A program made the translations under genes and the position numbers. Positions 35,440-49,382 of a DNA stretch of 64,000 nt are shown piece after piece (within the stretch, counting starts at the first letter, position 1; each line of letters begins with the position of its first letter). The notes beneath the pieces were generated by a model, which did no database searches, had not been told where the DNA came from, and saw only the letters and a program-made list of their open reading frames with translations. The DNA is from Octopus vulgaris (Eukaryota). The stretch lies in the NCBI GenBank assembly GCA_951406725.2, contig OX597834.1, forward strand, positions 9,858,001 through 9,922,000. The letters run 5' to 3'.

Positions 35440-36589
35440 GGTATGAAGTAAGGGTTAACTAAACTTCAAAACCTGAATGGACGTTTTGGAAAAACTTATG
35501 AAAATATTTGGGACAGGCAGGTAGATAAAACTCAATGTTATCAATGGTATCGGAGAGAGAGATTGTAAAACCCCTGAAAGAAAAAAAAGTAAAACAGAAA
35601 TATTTTCGCGCTCTTTCATGTTCTTATTTCATATCCACCCGAGATTGAATTAACATTTTATGATTTTAGAAGCAAGAAAATAGAAAATGCATCTTGGTAT
35701 GTTGTTCATGTCGATGCAATCGATGAAAAACATACCATTCAAGTACTATGGCCAATTCCATCTCTCTTTCCATCTCTCTTTCCTTCTTTCTTTCCTTCCT
35801 TCTTTCTTTCTTTCTTCCTTTCTCACACTCAATCTCTGTCCTCCTTCTACTTTATAATTCGCTTCGTTTCTCCGAAAAATTTACCCATCAAATACAGAGG
35901 TAGATAAAGTACCGGTCAAGTACGGATTTAAACTCTTCTCTCTCACAGTCAAACTCTTTCCCTTTATATAGTAAACAGCGCATAGTTACTTGCAGCTACT
36001 TCCAGCTAACATCAAAAAACAGGAAAGTTCTAGAGCATAGACCAAGCATAGCCATCTCATAGAAAAACAGCCGCGATATCGAAACTATCTCTATATATAC
36101 ATTAAAACAGCGAACGTTAACAATAATATAATACGCTACTTGATATTCTGCTCAACATCACAACCATTTATTCCCATAGTAAAAACATTACTTCAAAGTA
36201 TTGATTTTAATTTAATTAAATTCAATTGATTTCTTTGTTTGATCGATAATTTCATATGTAAGTAATGGATCTAAAACGTAAATGGAGATTACAAATGAGT
36301 TTTATACACGGAGTTAAAACATACATTTTAATGTATCTTTTTGCTTCCGTCTTTATGGTTTGTTCAAGTGAATTATATCACATATCATGAATCCATTTAA
36401 TTAAGTACGTAAGTACGATTATCCAGCATTATGTCTATATATATATATATATATTTATCTATCTCTTGTGTTTCTTTTTCCATCTGATTCTATCTAGCTA
36501 GCAATCATGCTTCGTGTTTCCTCTTTCCTCTCAAAATGTCTCCATGTACACACACATGTAGTTATCTGTATGAGTAGATTACACTTGTA

Positions 36590-36612
36590 CATATGTGTGT
36601 GTGTGTATGTGT

Positions 36613-36662
<50 letters not shown>

Positions 36663-36993
36663 AAATATATATATATGTGTAAATATATATATATGTGTGT
36701 GTGTGTAAATATATATATATATGTGTAAATATATATATATATGTGTAAATATATATAAATATGTGTAAATATATATATGTGTGTGTGTGTAAATATATAT
36801 ATATATGTGTAAATATATATATATATGTGTAAATATATATATGTGTGTGTGTGTAAATATATATATATATGTGTAAATATATATATATGTGTGTGTGTAA
36901 ATATATATATATACATATATATGTGTGTAAACATATATATATATGTATGTATGTATTATGTATATATATATATATGTGTGTATGTATTATGTG

Positions 36994-37024
<31 letters not shown>

Positions 37025-37825
37025 ATATATATATGTATATATGTGTGTGTATATATATATGTATATATGTGTGTGTATATATATATGTATATATGTGTGT
37101 GTATATATATTTGTATATATGTGTGTGTATATATATTTGTATATATGTGTGTGTATATATATATGTATATATGTGTGTGTATATATATATGTATATATGT
37201 GTGTGTATATATATATATGTATATATGTGTGTGTATATATATATGTATATATGTGTGTGTATATATATGTTTATATATGTGTGTGTATATATATATGTAT
37301 ATATGTGTGTATATATATATATGTATATATGTGTGTATATATATATATGTATATATGTGTGTATATATATATATGTATATATGTGTGTGTATATATATAT
37401 ATATATATGTGTGTGTATATATATGTATATATATGTGTGTGTATATATATATGTATATATGTGTGTGTATATATATATGTATATATGTGTGTGTATATAT
37501 ATATGTATATATGTGTGTGTATATATATATGTATATATGTGTATATATATATATATATGTATATATGTGTGTATATATATATGTATATATGTGTGTATAT
37601 ATATATGTATATCTGTGCGTGTATATATATATATATATATATGTGTATATATATATATATGTATGTGTGTGTATATATATATATGTATGTGTATATATAT
37701 ATATATATATATGTATGTGTATATATATATATATGTATGTGTATATATATATATATGTATGTGTATATATATATATATATGTATGTGTATATATATATAT
37801 ATGTATGTGTATATATATATGTGTG

Positions 37826-37883
<58 letters not shown>

Positions 37884-37940
37884 GTGTGTGTGTATATATA
37901 TATATATGTGTGTGTGTATGTATATATATATATATATACA
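36590..37940. repeat. ~1.35-kb TA/TG minisatellite with zoned unit variants
   Basis: Direct reading. Confidence 0.95.
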
Positions 37941-38598
37941 CGCAGTGTACCCATATGTATGTATGTGAGTATATATGTATGTAAGTATGTACGTACGCTT
38001 TTTCCGATAACTTGAACAAATGATTTTTCACTGTAGCATTATGATATTTATCAGAAAGTAAGTGTTCACATTGTCATTGCATACAGTAGTCATCGTTTCA
38101 ATTTATTTATTATACTTTCTCTTTTTAAACCAATCTATAATCATGCATTTTGTAAAGGCAATGAGCTGACATCAGAACAACGCTTAGCGGCATTTTTTCC
38201 AGCACTTCATCGTCTGAGATCTATCCTACCTCTATCAACTTTGCCATTCATCCCTCAGGGATCGATATATTAAAATGCATATCACGTATTTGAATCAATA
38301 TACACAACTCATTCCTTTCCTTAAAATGTCTGTCCTTGTGCCAAAATTGGAAAGATTATAATAAATATTTTAAATACAATATCTGCGAAGTTCAACTGTC
38401 AACATCTTTCAAGCATTTACTGTTTGACTTGCTTCAGTCATTTGGCTGTGGCCAATCTGGAGCACCGCCTTTAAAAATTGTTAATGAGTGTATATGTCAT
38501 ATTTCAGGGGATTTTGCCCCTTCATCAGTACCCATCTAACCATATAGCTAAACCCTTTTAGGCATTAAGTTCAAATCTCACTACGATCTATTTCTTAA

Positions 38599-38995
38599 TC
38601 TTTATATATAAAAGTGAAGTTGTGTGTCTGTCTCCTACGATTTAGATTCCTAACTATTCCCACATTTTGCGGTTCGGTGTAACCAAAAGCGGGTATCTTA
38701 TAGTCGTCATTCATATCGAGCCCTTCTTGGTATTAGCGCCTGTCTACGATGAGTCTACGATTTAAAAAAAAATTACCATAATTCTTTTTCCATTTTAATG
38801 CATTTTTTCGCTATTATATAAGGGAAGTAACTCTCTAAAAATGTCTACGATGAGTCAATGATTTAAAAAAAATTTACCATCATTTTTTTTCCATTTGTAA
38901 TGCATTTTTTTGCTATTTTTTGGCTATAACTCTCTAAAAATGCTTATATAGTTAATTTCCTTACAAACCCGAGCAACGCCGGGCGATACTGCTAG
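38599..38995 (+). mobile_element. Non-autonomous Helitron, copy 2
   Basis: A|TC start; CCCGAGCAACGCCGGG hairpin; CTAG|T end; colinear with 72-461. Confidence 0.85.
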
Positions 38996-39740
38996 TCTGA
39001 TATAAATTTGAAATGTTGGACTCATTATAATTTAAATACTAATTCCACTGAGTGATATTGCTCTTTGCTAGAGATAACAATGGTTTTAGTGACGATCAGT
39101 AGCGTCGCTGATTCCAGCAGAACGATGTAGCTTTGATGTTGCTAAGGAATATATTATTTCTTTTTTTTCCATCACGTCACACCGAAGACAGCTATAGCCA
39201 ACGAATGCCTTTTTATGTCACTAACTATTACCATCATGATAATGTACAATTTCCTTCCTCCTACAGTTCGTAAATTACCGTTTTTTTTTTTTATTTCTCC
39301 CATGTTCAACACTAACCATGCAAGGAAGGATAGTGTGGCTAATACTACAAATCCAGAAACTTTTTTACGTGGTCTGCAAATATTGTACATTAAAGTATTC
39401 ATGTCTCAATCGTTCATGTAGAGTCGATGTATATTTTAGCCCCGTCGTTCATTGTACCCCTCTACATCGATTTGTCAAACAAACTTCACAATCAGTGCTA
39501 AACTGAAAGCTCTGTCCGGATAATGGCATCTACTTGGCTCACTTTCTTCTTTATTATTGAAAAGAAAAAGATAATAGATAAAACGAATGATACACAAAGG
39601 AAAAAACATATGGACGTTCCTGTTATTAAAGAGGCAAGAGGCTAACAAAATGAGCAGCTGTGGGCCTTATAAGCGACCTCAGCACTTAACTAATATTACA
39701 TCTTTCATTAAGGATGTGTGCTTCAAGAATCGTTATCACC

Positions 39741-40090
39741 CAGGGTGAAATGCTCAGTGGCATTTCGTCCGTCTATGCGTTCTGAATTCAAAAATTCCGC
39801 CGAGGTCGACTCTGCGTGCCGTCCTTTGTTGGTCGATAAATTAGTATCAAATCCTAGTCGAACAAAGAAATGAGAGATTTTATGGCAGGAATAAAATGCA
39901 AAAAATCATTCGGCCATAACCCTTTCAAGGTATATGGACGGGGGAAAGAGTTTTAGTTTCATTTTGAACATGCTTTGTGGCATTTCATCCGTCTTTGCGT
40001 TCTGAATTCAAAATTCCGCCGAGGTCGACTCTGCCTGCCATCATTTGTTGGTCGATAAATTAGTACCAGCTAAATGCAGGGTTCAATGTA
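39741..40090 (+). mobile_element. Two diverged SINE family A fragments (39741-39848 and 39977-40090)
   Basis: GTGGCATTTC(G/A)TCCGTC..AATTCCGCCGAGGTCGAC..GTCGATAAATTAGTA occurs twice. Confidence 0.75.
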
Positions 40091-40162
40091 ATCACACGAA
40101 TTTGCTGGAGTCGTGCCAAAATTTGAAAGCAGTGCTTCTCATTTTATTAATCTTTCTTAGTT

Positions 40163-40566
40163 CTTTTTTTTACTCTTTTACTTGTTTGTCATTTGACTGC
40201 GGCCATGCTGGAGCACCGCCTTTAGTCGAGCAAATCCACCCCGGGACTTATTCTTTGTAAGCCCAGTACTTATTCTATCGATCTCTTTTTGCCGAACCGC
40301 TAAGTGACGGGGACGTAAACACACCAGCATCGGTTGTCAAGCAATGCTAGGGTGACAAACACAGACACACAAACATATACACACACACCTATATATATAC
40401 ATATATACGACAGGCTTCTTTCAGTTTCCGTCTACCAAATCCACTCACAAGGCATTGGTTGACCCGCGGCTATAGCAGAAGACACTTGCCCAAGGTGCCA
40501 CGCAGTGGGACTGAACCCGGAACCATGTGGCTGGTTAGTAAGTTACCACACAGCCACTCCTGCGCC
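40163..40566 (-). mobile_element. SINE family B, full length
   Basis: Reverse complement of the 6051 and 31586 copies. Confidence 0.9.
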
Positions 40567-41353
40567 TGAGGAGTGGCTGTGTGGTTGCAGACAGACACGA
40601 ACATGGAAGCATTCGCATCAAACCCTAGTCGAACAAAGAAATGAGAAATTTTATGGCAGGAATAAAATGCAAAAATCATTCGGCCATAACCCTTACAAGG
40701 TATATGGACGGTGGGGAAAGAGTTTTATTTTCATTTTGAACCTGACGTCAAAAGATAATGAAATTAGATTAGTTTTTAGTTATTCAAATGTTGCCGCGTT
40801 GTCTGTGTTTCGCTTTCTGGTAGATGCGCTTACTTGTCTAACCAATTCCATTCCCCCACCGAGTCTCTCTCACTGTATCATTGTTTACGTTAGAATATGT
40901 TATTTTCTATAATTGATTTCCCATTTTAGGTGTCAGCTGTGTCAGCCTGAAATAATGATGGTCTATATAGATATGTAAAAACATGGGGCTTGCGTTAGGG
41001 ATTCCTGGGCGATGGTGGAGGTGCTGTTTCTTTTTATTTGATGTTCATTGCAGAGCTGGTATTAGGGTTGGTGGTAGTTGGTGTGGATGAAAAGGTCGGT
41101 GCCGATGTTGGGAAGGGATATCTCGGTGAATCGGAAGTTGTGGAGGGGAGGGGGTTAAAATGGAATGTGCTTTGGGAACCAAAAAGGTGAGTGGAGTTTA
41201 GACAAGGAAAATACGGGTCAGATGATTCGTAAACAAACAGTGGAGGGAGAGATGGAATACATAATGAGGAATATAAATAGAACATTTCATTGATAGAAAC
41301 ACAGCATGCGGAATAGTATTCGAAACATATAAAATTGCGCATCATAACTGTTC

Positions 41354-41354
<1 letters not shown>

Positions 41355-41384
<30 letters not shown>

Positions 41385-41700
41385 GTATGTGTGTGTATGT
41401 ATATGTACGTATGTGTGTGTATGTATATGTACGTATGTGTGTGTATGTATATGTACGTATGTGTGTGTATGTATATGTACGTATGTGTGTGTATGTATAT
41501 GTACGTATGTGTGTGTATATATATGTACGTATGTGTGTGTATATATATGCACGTATGTGTGTGTGTATATATATATGCACGTATGTGTGTGTGTATATAT
41601 ATATGTACGTATGTGTGTGTGTATGTGTATATATATATGTGTGTGTGTATGTGTATATGTGTGTGTATGTATATGTATGTCTATATATGTGCGTATGCTT
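41355..41700. repeat. 24-bp minisatellite ATATGTACGTATGTGTGTGTATGT
   Basis: Direct reading. Confidence 0.9.
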
Positions 41701-42779
41701 GTTGTATTTATACACACATACGTACGTATGCCTACTTATGGACATATGCGTGTCCCTGTGTGTACGTCTACTTACATTTGTGTGCATGTGTATTTCTATG
41801 CTGTGTGGTGTACTATTAGAAACGCAGTTCAAGTAAATCAATGCAATACAATACCAGAAAGTGTTCATTTATTGGAGACTTACCATTTATGTCGTCACAT
41901 TGTGAGTTTTATAGACTTTTATTTGCTTCCAGAACGAAGGCGCAAAAACCAGTAACATAGATACGAATGCGCTACGATTTCAATTATTATATATGAGGAA
42001 CGTATAACGATATATTAAAGAAATGTTCATCAGTGACAGAGAGAGTGAGAGAGAGATAGCGGGGAAGTGGCGGGGAAAACGAGTGGGGTGAAGAGTGAAA
42101 CAGTGCGATTCCATTGAAGAAAATTTAGATACGATAAAATATATCGTTGATGACAGAAAAATAGTTTTAGAACGAGTGACAACTGTATTTAGATGACAAA
42201 TGTTGGTGATGGTGGTGGAATAAGAGTAGGTGACAACTTGATGGATAAAGACGTGTAGAAAAAGAATCTTTTCAAATGTGTATGTGTTTAATAATATATG
42301 GGAGTGTTTTTAATTTTATATATACATGTGTGAATGTGTACGCAAGAATAATTTGGCGGAAAAGTGATGTGTAAAGAGAGGAAAAGAGAATGGAGATTGT
42401 AAGGAAAGTACGAGGAAAGTACTTTTATCGGGAGAACAGGTGCCGTTGATAATGCATGTATGAATGTGTGTGTGTGTATACGCATACACACAAGCACACT
42501 CACACACACACACACATATATATAATGGAGCTGTGAGTTGCAGATGACAGGTAAATTGTATATGACACAGAGACATATACACGCGCATAATCGCTGAGCT
42601 ACATACACGCACATACAAATATATATAATTTATATATATATACACACACACATATTTACACGCTCAATAACATCGTCCGTCACATAATGGTAACTATACT
42701 TGTTGCTTTTCGGTTGCAAATAGTGACTAGACACCTCAATAATTTATATATATATGTATGTCTGTTGTTTGAGGGTTTA

Positions 42780-42925
42780 TATTCACGTAACTTAGCGGTT
42801 TGGCTAAATCGACTGATAGAATATGCACCACGCTTAAAAAGCAGGGCGGTCGGTTCGTTCGACTAGAATTCATTAAATCGAAGCCCCAGCACGGTTGCTC
42901 TCTAATGGCTATGTAAAAGAATAAA
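42780..42925 (+). mobile_element. Old SINE family B 3' fragment
   Basis: CGTAACTTAGCGGTTTGGC..GATAGAAT..TTCGACTA..CCCCAGCACGG. Confidence 0.55.
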
Positions 42926-43164
42926 TATACATTTCGAAGTTATTATACATATATACGTATGTATATTCATGCGTTTAAAGTGTAGGTGTATAGACATAAG
43001 CTACACACGCGAGAACATACATACACATATACACTTATGTGCGTGTAGGTATGTATATAAATATATATATATACATGTATGCATATATATGTAGATATTA
43101 TCTACACACACATATATATATGTAGATACATACATATATACATGTAGGTAGGTGCATACTTCGA

Positions 43165-43475
43165 TAGCTAGCTAGCTAGCTAGATAGATAGATAGATAGT
43201 TAAATAGATAGATAGTTAGATAAATAGATGAATGGATGGTTGGATGGATGGATAATTAGACGGATAGTTAGACGGATAGTTAGACGGATAGTTAGATGGA
43301 AAGATAGTTAGATGGAAAGATAGTTAGATAGATAGATGGATGTATGGATGGATAGTTAGATCGATAGATAGATATATAGATGGATAGTTAGATGGATAGA
43401 GAAATAGTTAGATGGATGGATAGATAGATAGATAGATAGATGGATAGTTAGATGGATAGATAGATAGATAGATAG
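43165..43475. repeat. GATA/GATG tetranucleotide array
   Basis: Direct reading. Confidence 0.9.
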
Positions 43476-43591
43476 AGGTGTGTGTGTCGGTGTACTTGTG
43501 ACTGTGTGTCACCAGAAACAATCTCTAATGGAAGACGGCTTTCCATAATAACATACATTTAATTTTCTATTTGAATTTCATAAGATCAATA

Positions 43592-43629
<38 letters not shown>

Positions 43630-44048
43630 CTACAACATCAGTAACAAGAACTGTAACAATAGCAATGATGATGTGAATGCTGATTCTAACCATTCATTGG
43701 AGATCCATCAACTTATGGGATAAGCTAAAGTAAATGGTAGAAATAAAATAAAATAAGGGTAAAAGGGACAACCGTATGTGAGTAAAGACGTAAGATCCAT
43801 CCGACAATTATGGAGACAAATTTTATATCGATAAGACAGCTTTTCTGCTTTGACAATATAATAAAGCTAATAGAAATAAATCTATACTTATTTTTTTAAA
43901 AATTCATTCTCGGTTATTATCCACAGTAAACCTGCTATATGGAATATTAACTAATGTATTATAAATAGAACGTTGATTTTGAACAGATTGGTTGTTAAAA
44001 TCATTGCATCAATGTGAATAGCTTATAAATACATACACCTACATACAA

Positions 44049-44080
<32 letters not shown>

Positions 44081-44126
44081 TAAAGTAAAAATGAAACATC
44101 AAACCTTATGTCATTATTATATATAT

Positions 44127-44373
44127 GTAGTGGCTGTGTGGTAAGTAGCTTGCTAAACAACCACATTGTTCCGGGTTAGCCTGTCGTAGCATTGCTTGAC
44201 AACCGATGCTAGTGTGTTTACGTCCCCGTCACTTAGCGGTTCGGCAAAAGAGACTGATAGAATAAGTACTGGGCTTACAAAGAATAAGTTCCGGGGTCGA
44301 TTTGCTCGACTAAATGCGGTGCTCCAGCATGGCCGCAGTCAAATGACTGAAACAAGTAAAAGAGTAAAAAGAG
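44127..44373 (+). mobile_element. SINE family B with internal deletion
   Basis: Head to CCGGGTT, then joins at GCTTGACAACCGATGC; tail intact. Confidence 0.85.
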
Positions 44374-44488
44374 TATATATATATATTTATGTATGTATTA
44401 TGTATGTATATTTGCACTCACGCGCGCACATCTGTATGCTTGTTTGTGTGTAGGTGTGAGAGATTATCAGTGTTATGTATACCTAATG

Positions 44489-44689
44489 TGACCGCGTGTG
44501 TACCGTTGGCGACTTTTTTCCTGTCTTCCATTCTCTGGATCTTTCCTTCTCCTATGTATCCGACGAAGAGCTCCGCTCAAAACGTAAAACCCTCCTTCTT
44601 CCCTTCCTTCCTGAGCGTCCAATAATACTATATTTGTACCACGTCCTCGCGTTGTTGTATTTTCTCTTTGTGTTTTCATGTTTGGATTA

Positions 44690-44693
<4 letters not shown>
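44489..44693 (+). mobile_element. Short PLE-like repeat, copy 2
   Basis: Paralog of 21312-21498; CCGACGA at 44560-44566; GAAA is mutated to AAAA; abuts (TA)n. Confidence 0.7.
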
Positions 44694-44742
<49 letters not shown>

Positions 44743-44745
<3 letters not shown>

Positions 44746-44948
44746 CACGAGGGGCTAAACACAGAGAGGACAAAAAAGGACAGACAAACGGATTAGGTCG
44801 ATTACATCGACCCCAGTGCATAATATCGACCCCGAAAGGATGAAAGGCAAAGTTGACCTCGGCGGAATTTGAACTCAGAACGTAACGGCCGGCGAAATAC
44901 TGCTAAGCACTTCGCCCGGCGTGCTAACGTTTCTGCCAGCTCGCCGCC
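44743..44948 (-). mobile_element. SINE family A
   Basis: Ends CTGCCAGCTCGCCGCC, the reverse complement of the head; small internal deletion. Confidence 0.85.
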
Positions 44949-45683
44949 TTTGGTTCGCCTTCCACGAATCCCTTTCTGTTAGTTCCTGTGTCTCTTTTGT
45001 ATGTCTTTTTTACTTTTTTACCCAATACATCATTTGTCCTATGTATTTAGTAATTTCGCACTCTTCCCAGTTCTGCCTTCCGTTTTTTTGTATGTCCTCG
45101 TGTACACCTCAACTCCAACTTTAAATAATCTTGCTATATCCTCCCTGGCACTATTTCTTTTTTTTACCAGGCAGCAATTTATCACAAACTACCAATTTTC
45201 CCTGTATCAAAGCCCAATCCCACTGTTAAAAAAGTCCTTTCAAAATTTCAACAAAGATACTCCCAGCTTTACGTCTCTCACATTTCCTAATGCACACTAG
45301 TACGTATTTCTTAAATCTAGCTCCAACAATCACCAGCGCTTCCTCAGATTAATGCTTTTTTAACAATGTCTTGTAAATGTTTGAATTCTCTACGATATCA
45401 ACTGAGATCATGAGCGTTCAAAGAAGTTCAGTCAATCCCAAGCTCAAAATAATAATAACAAAATCACTTTCAGTCAATATCTGATTAAAAATTATCGTTT
45501 TAACAAACTGTATGGCGTTCGCTTGTATAGACAATTACACAATTATATAGATAACTGCATGATATATATATGTGTGTGATAGATATATAGGTATACATAA
45601 CACTGATAATCTCTCACACATACACACACACACAAACATACATATGTGCGCGATGGGTGCATATATACACACATACATATAAT

Positions 45684-45718
<35 letters not shown>

Positions 45719-46288
45719 AGACGTAAGGTTTGCTGTTTCATTTTTACTTTAATCTTTATATGAAAGATTTATTCAATGAAATATTTTATTACAGAATTAA
45801 AAATAACATTTAAATAAACAGGAATCAGTCTTTCAATAACGTTCACACATTCAAAGGGTACAAATAAGCAGAATAAATCTAACTCTTTTCAAATCCGCTG
45901 TTTACAATTATGAAATACTGTGTATTGTCATTTTAACTCATCATGCAAACGGAAGATTCCAGAATCACTTTATTCATATCAAAGCAAACACATATTCAAT
46001 TTATGCTACGTTTGCCAATGCTTTTTACACCATATCAGAAAATGGCTTCTGAAATTAACCAAAATTTACGTTATGCGCATAAACTTAATAACTGGCAAAG
46101 TTTGCATTGATTTCCTGCTAAGAGTTTCTCTCTCTTTCAAAAATTATCTTATCCATAATGGGATTAAATACATCCATACATACACTTACACCCACCCACA
46201 CGTGTACATGTGTCTGTGTGAACGTATGCATGTTTGTAGGTTTTATGTATGTACTACACAGATATGTATATGTATATATTTACACACG

Positions 46289-46335
<47 letters not shown>

Positions 46336-46355
46336 GTATGTATGTATGTATGTAC

Positions 46356-46403
<48 letters not shown>

Positions 46404-46994
46404 AGAGAAAAAGATAGATAGATAGATAAGCAAACTGAAAGATTAATTTCACTCCTACTACATTCCCAACCCAGCATCACGATCGCATGAATTTAGAATG
46501 TAACACTAACTCAAATATAAATATAGGAATGCGAAATAATCCAAAGCCCAACAAATGCTTTTACAAATACGCCTTTAGTTCTTGACCCCCCATACGTAAC
46601 TATAAGTCTGTTGAGAAATCATATATTAGTGCTGCTTCTATATTTTGTCCATTCAAGTAGTTTAAATAAGAATGGTCTGTGTATAAAACGTTAACTACAA
46701 TTGTAAGTGGTTCTGTACTTTTGAGCAAACCAAGTCAGAGTACAATTAAAGGACAAATTCAGTTTCGGAAATACTGCAACACAGGAAACAGTGTCAGGGT
46801 TTAGACAAAAGGCATCAAATACTCAATATATAAGAGCCTATTGCATTCTTTATTTCATTTCCCATCACCAATTCTCATCATAAGAACACGTTTTCTTCAG
46901 ACACACGTAATCAACTCAGGAGGAAGCATTTACTCCAAACACTTTAAACCCAAAGTTAATAAACATTCATCGGGTCGTAAACAACATATACGGC

Positions 46995-47033
<39 letters not shown>

Positions 47034-48048
47034 CACACAATGTATGTATGTATTTCTTTAATAAAAATTCCGTCTTGCTTACATTTTAATTCTACTACAC
47101 TAAAGTGACATCTAAGTGCCCCCATCATTTTTTCGCTGTCAATTTAACATCTCGAACTTCCCCTCCTCCATATCCGTATTATATATTTCCCGCTCTAATG
47201 TAATATTTCTTTTTCAGTCATGTGTTAATCTTTCTCGTTAAAGCGTCATCCATCTTTCGTATTTTTCTCATAATCCTTCTTTCAGATTTCAAAATCTAAT
47301 AGTTTTTACAACCTTTCTTCTTTAGCATCTTAGCTAAATTATTCTTTTACCTTTTAGCGTCAATCTTCCCCATTGCTCTCTTACGTTTTCAGCATCAATC
47401 TTTTTGGCATTCTAGCGCTCTTTTGCATTAGATGTCTCGCAAAAACTTCTTTCGTGTTTTAGCAAATATCTGACTTCCATATCCTGCTGATTATTATTAT
47501 TATTATTATTTTTTTTTTTTGTATTTGCCACGGCATTCTTCTTCTAGACAGTCTTATTTCTTAGGTACCATACTTACATTCCTGGTAAATTCTCAAACAC
47601 ATTTTATCATTTGAAATTATATTTCTTTACTACATTATTGCATTTTCCTTCCGTTAGTTTCTTCATTCTTCCACTTATTGATACCTGTCATCACATATTC
47701 ATTCATTCTGTTCTTCGGGGACCTAGATACCAATATACAAAAACGACGACATACTTACATAATATGCTTTACACACAATCTCTCTAACGCTTACAAAAAG
47801 ACACATACACACACACAGAAACACAGCTACAATTATAAATATCAACATATATACACGCAAGCTTTGTATTGTGAGATTCAGAGACAAGTCAGTGGAAGAC
47901 AAACATGCAGTGAAGAAAACAGATAATGAAATACAATTCAGTGTAAGCAGACGATGTAAATGTATTATGTTAGGACAAACATTGTGACGACGCGTATATA
48001 TAAGAGAGAGAGTCTAAGTCACTGAGTATGAGAAAGTTGAAGATGGTG

Positions 48049-48110
48049 GACGGGGTAAAGATGCGGTGACGGGGTAAAGATGCGGGGACGGGGTAAAGAT
48101 GCGGGGACGG
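48049..48110 (+). repeat. 19-bp G-rich minisatellite GACGGGGTAAAGATGCGG(T/G), about 3.3 copies
   Basis: Units at 48049, 48068 and 48087. Confidence 0.95.
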
Positions 48111-48284
48111 TAGGTTGATGCAGTTTAACAGTTTGATATTTTGTTTACCAAACTAACTTGAAATCTCATCAAAATCGATAACATATTTCGGAGTCGTATA
48201 TGATCATGACGCTAATCCAATATATTTTGGTGTAGCAGTTAATAATGCATAAATCGTAATTATAAATATGCACGCATACATACA

Positions 48285-48313
48285 TGTATATATGGATATA
48301 TATATATGCATAC

Positions 48314-48350
<37 letters not shown>

Positions 48351-48840
48351 TACATACATGTATATATATATATACATGTGTATATATATACATGTGTATA
48401 TATACATATATGTACATGTGTATATATATATATATACATGTATATATACATGTGTATATGTATATATATATACCTGTATATATACATGTGTATATGTATA
48501 TATATATACCTGTATATATACATGTGTATATTATATATATATACCTGTATATATACATGTGTATATTATATATATATACCTGTATATATACATGTGTATA
48601 TGTATATATATATACCTGTATATATACATGTGTATATGTATATACCTGTATATATACATGTGTATATGTATATACCTGTATATATACATGTGTATATGTA
48701 TATATATATACCTGTATATATACATGTGTATATGTATATATACATGTGTATATGTATATATACATGTGTATATATACATGTGTATATATATACATGTATA
48801 TGTATATATATACATGTGTATATATATATATATATATTAT
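48285..48840. repeat. TA minisatellite with CCTG/CATG cores
   Basis: Direct reading. Confidence 0.95.
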
Positions 48841-49321
48841 TGCGATAAATACCTATATAACAGGAAAATATGTTAAGAATAAATATATAGTATCAGTATG
48901 TGTATGCGTGCGTGTGTATTTATATACCTGAAAACATAGATTAGTGAGTTCGAGGCCCACGGGCTTCCATCGACTTTTTTCTTTTCAAAAAAGATTTTCA
49001 ACCCAATAATTACATGCTGTTTTTTGTAACTTTCTGTGCGTGCTACAAAGTAGATATTTCGAAAACAACCCGCAGACGCAAGTGCTAAAAGTTGAAAGCT
49101 CCGTATACCGGATGCTAGCAATCTTATGGCAGACATCAATTGAGATTGCGCTCCGTTTCGAGGCCTTCTTCTCGACGGTATCATTGCAGGTCGGCGCCTG
49201 TCACTGTAATGATGACCCCGTTTGTTAGATCAGCCTGTTACTAGGTTTCACTCCATTACCGTCTAGCCATTAACCAAAATCCAGTGCGTGGCCTTCCCCA
49301 CTGTAGTCTGGATATCGTAGA

Positions 49322-49382
<61 letters not shown>

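Larger units (their letters stand above)
34082..35666 (+). repeat. Tandem duplication: unit 1 34082-34967, unit 2 34968-~35666
   Basis: Both units begin TAAAGTACTCCTTAAATAGAGAGACAGG and end GAGATT(A/G)AATTAACATT(C/T)TATGATT. Confidence 0.95.

Noticed and set aside
36562-38031. ORFs of 227-489 aa here, and similar ones at 10836, 14540, 22846, 41034, 48169, 51272, 55535 and 57827
   Set aside because: They are translations of TA/CA/TG microsatellites (Y/I/H/T/C/V/M only), which lack stop codons by composition.
41010-41260. Purine-rich segment that may be a LINE relic (similar ones at 44960-45330 and 47100-47470)
   Set aside because: No diagnostic motif could be read in any frame.
48873-49230. 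Moderately GC-rich unique segment with ORFs on both strands
   Set aside because: No recognisable domain or good splice pair.
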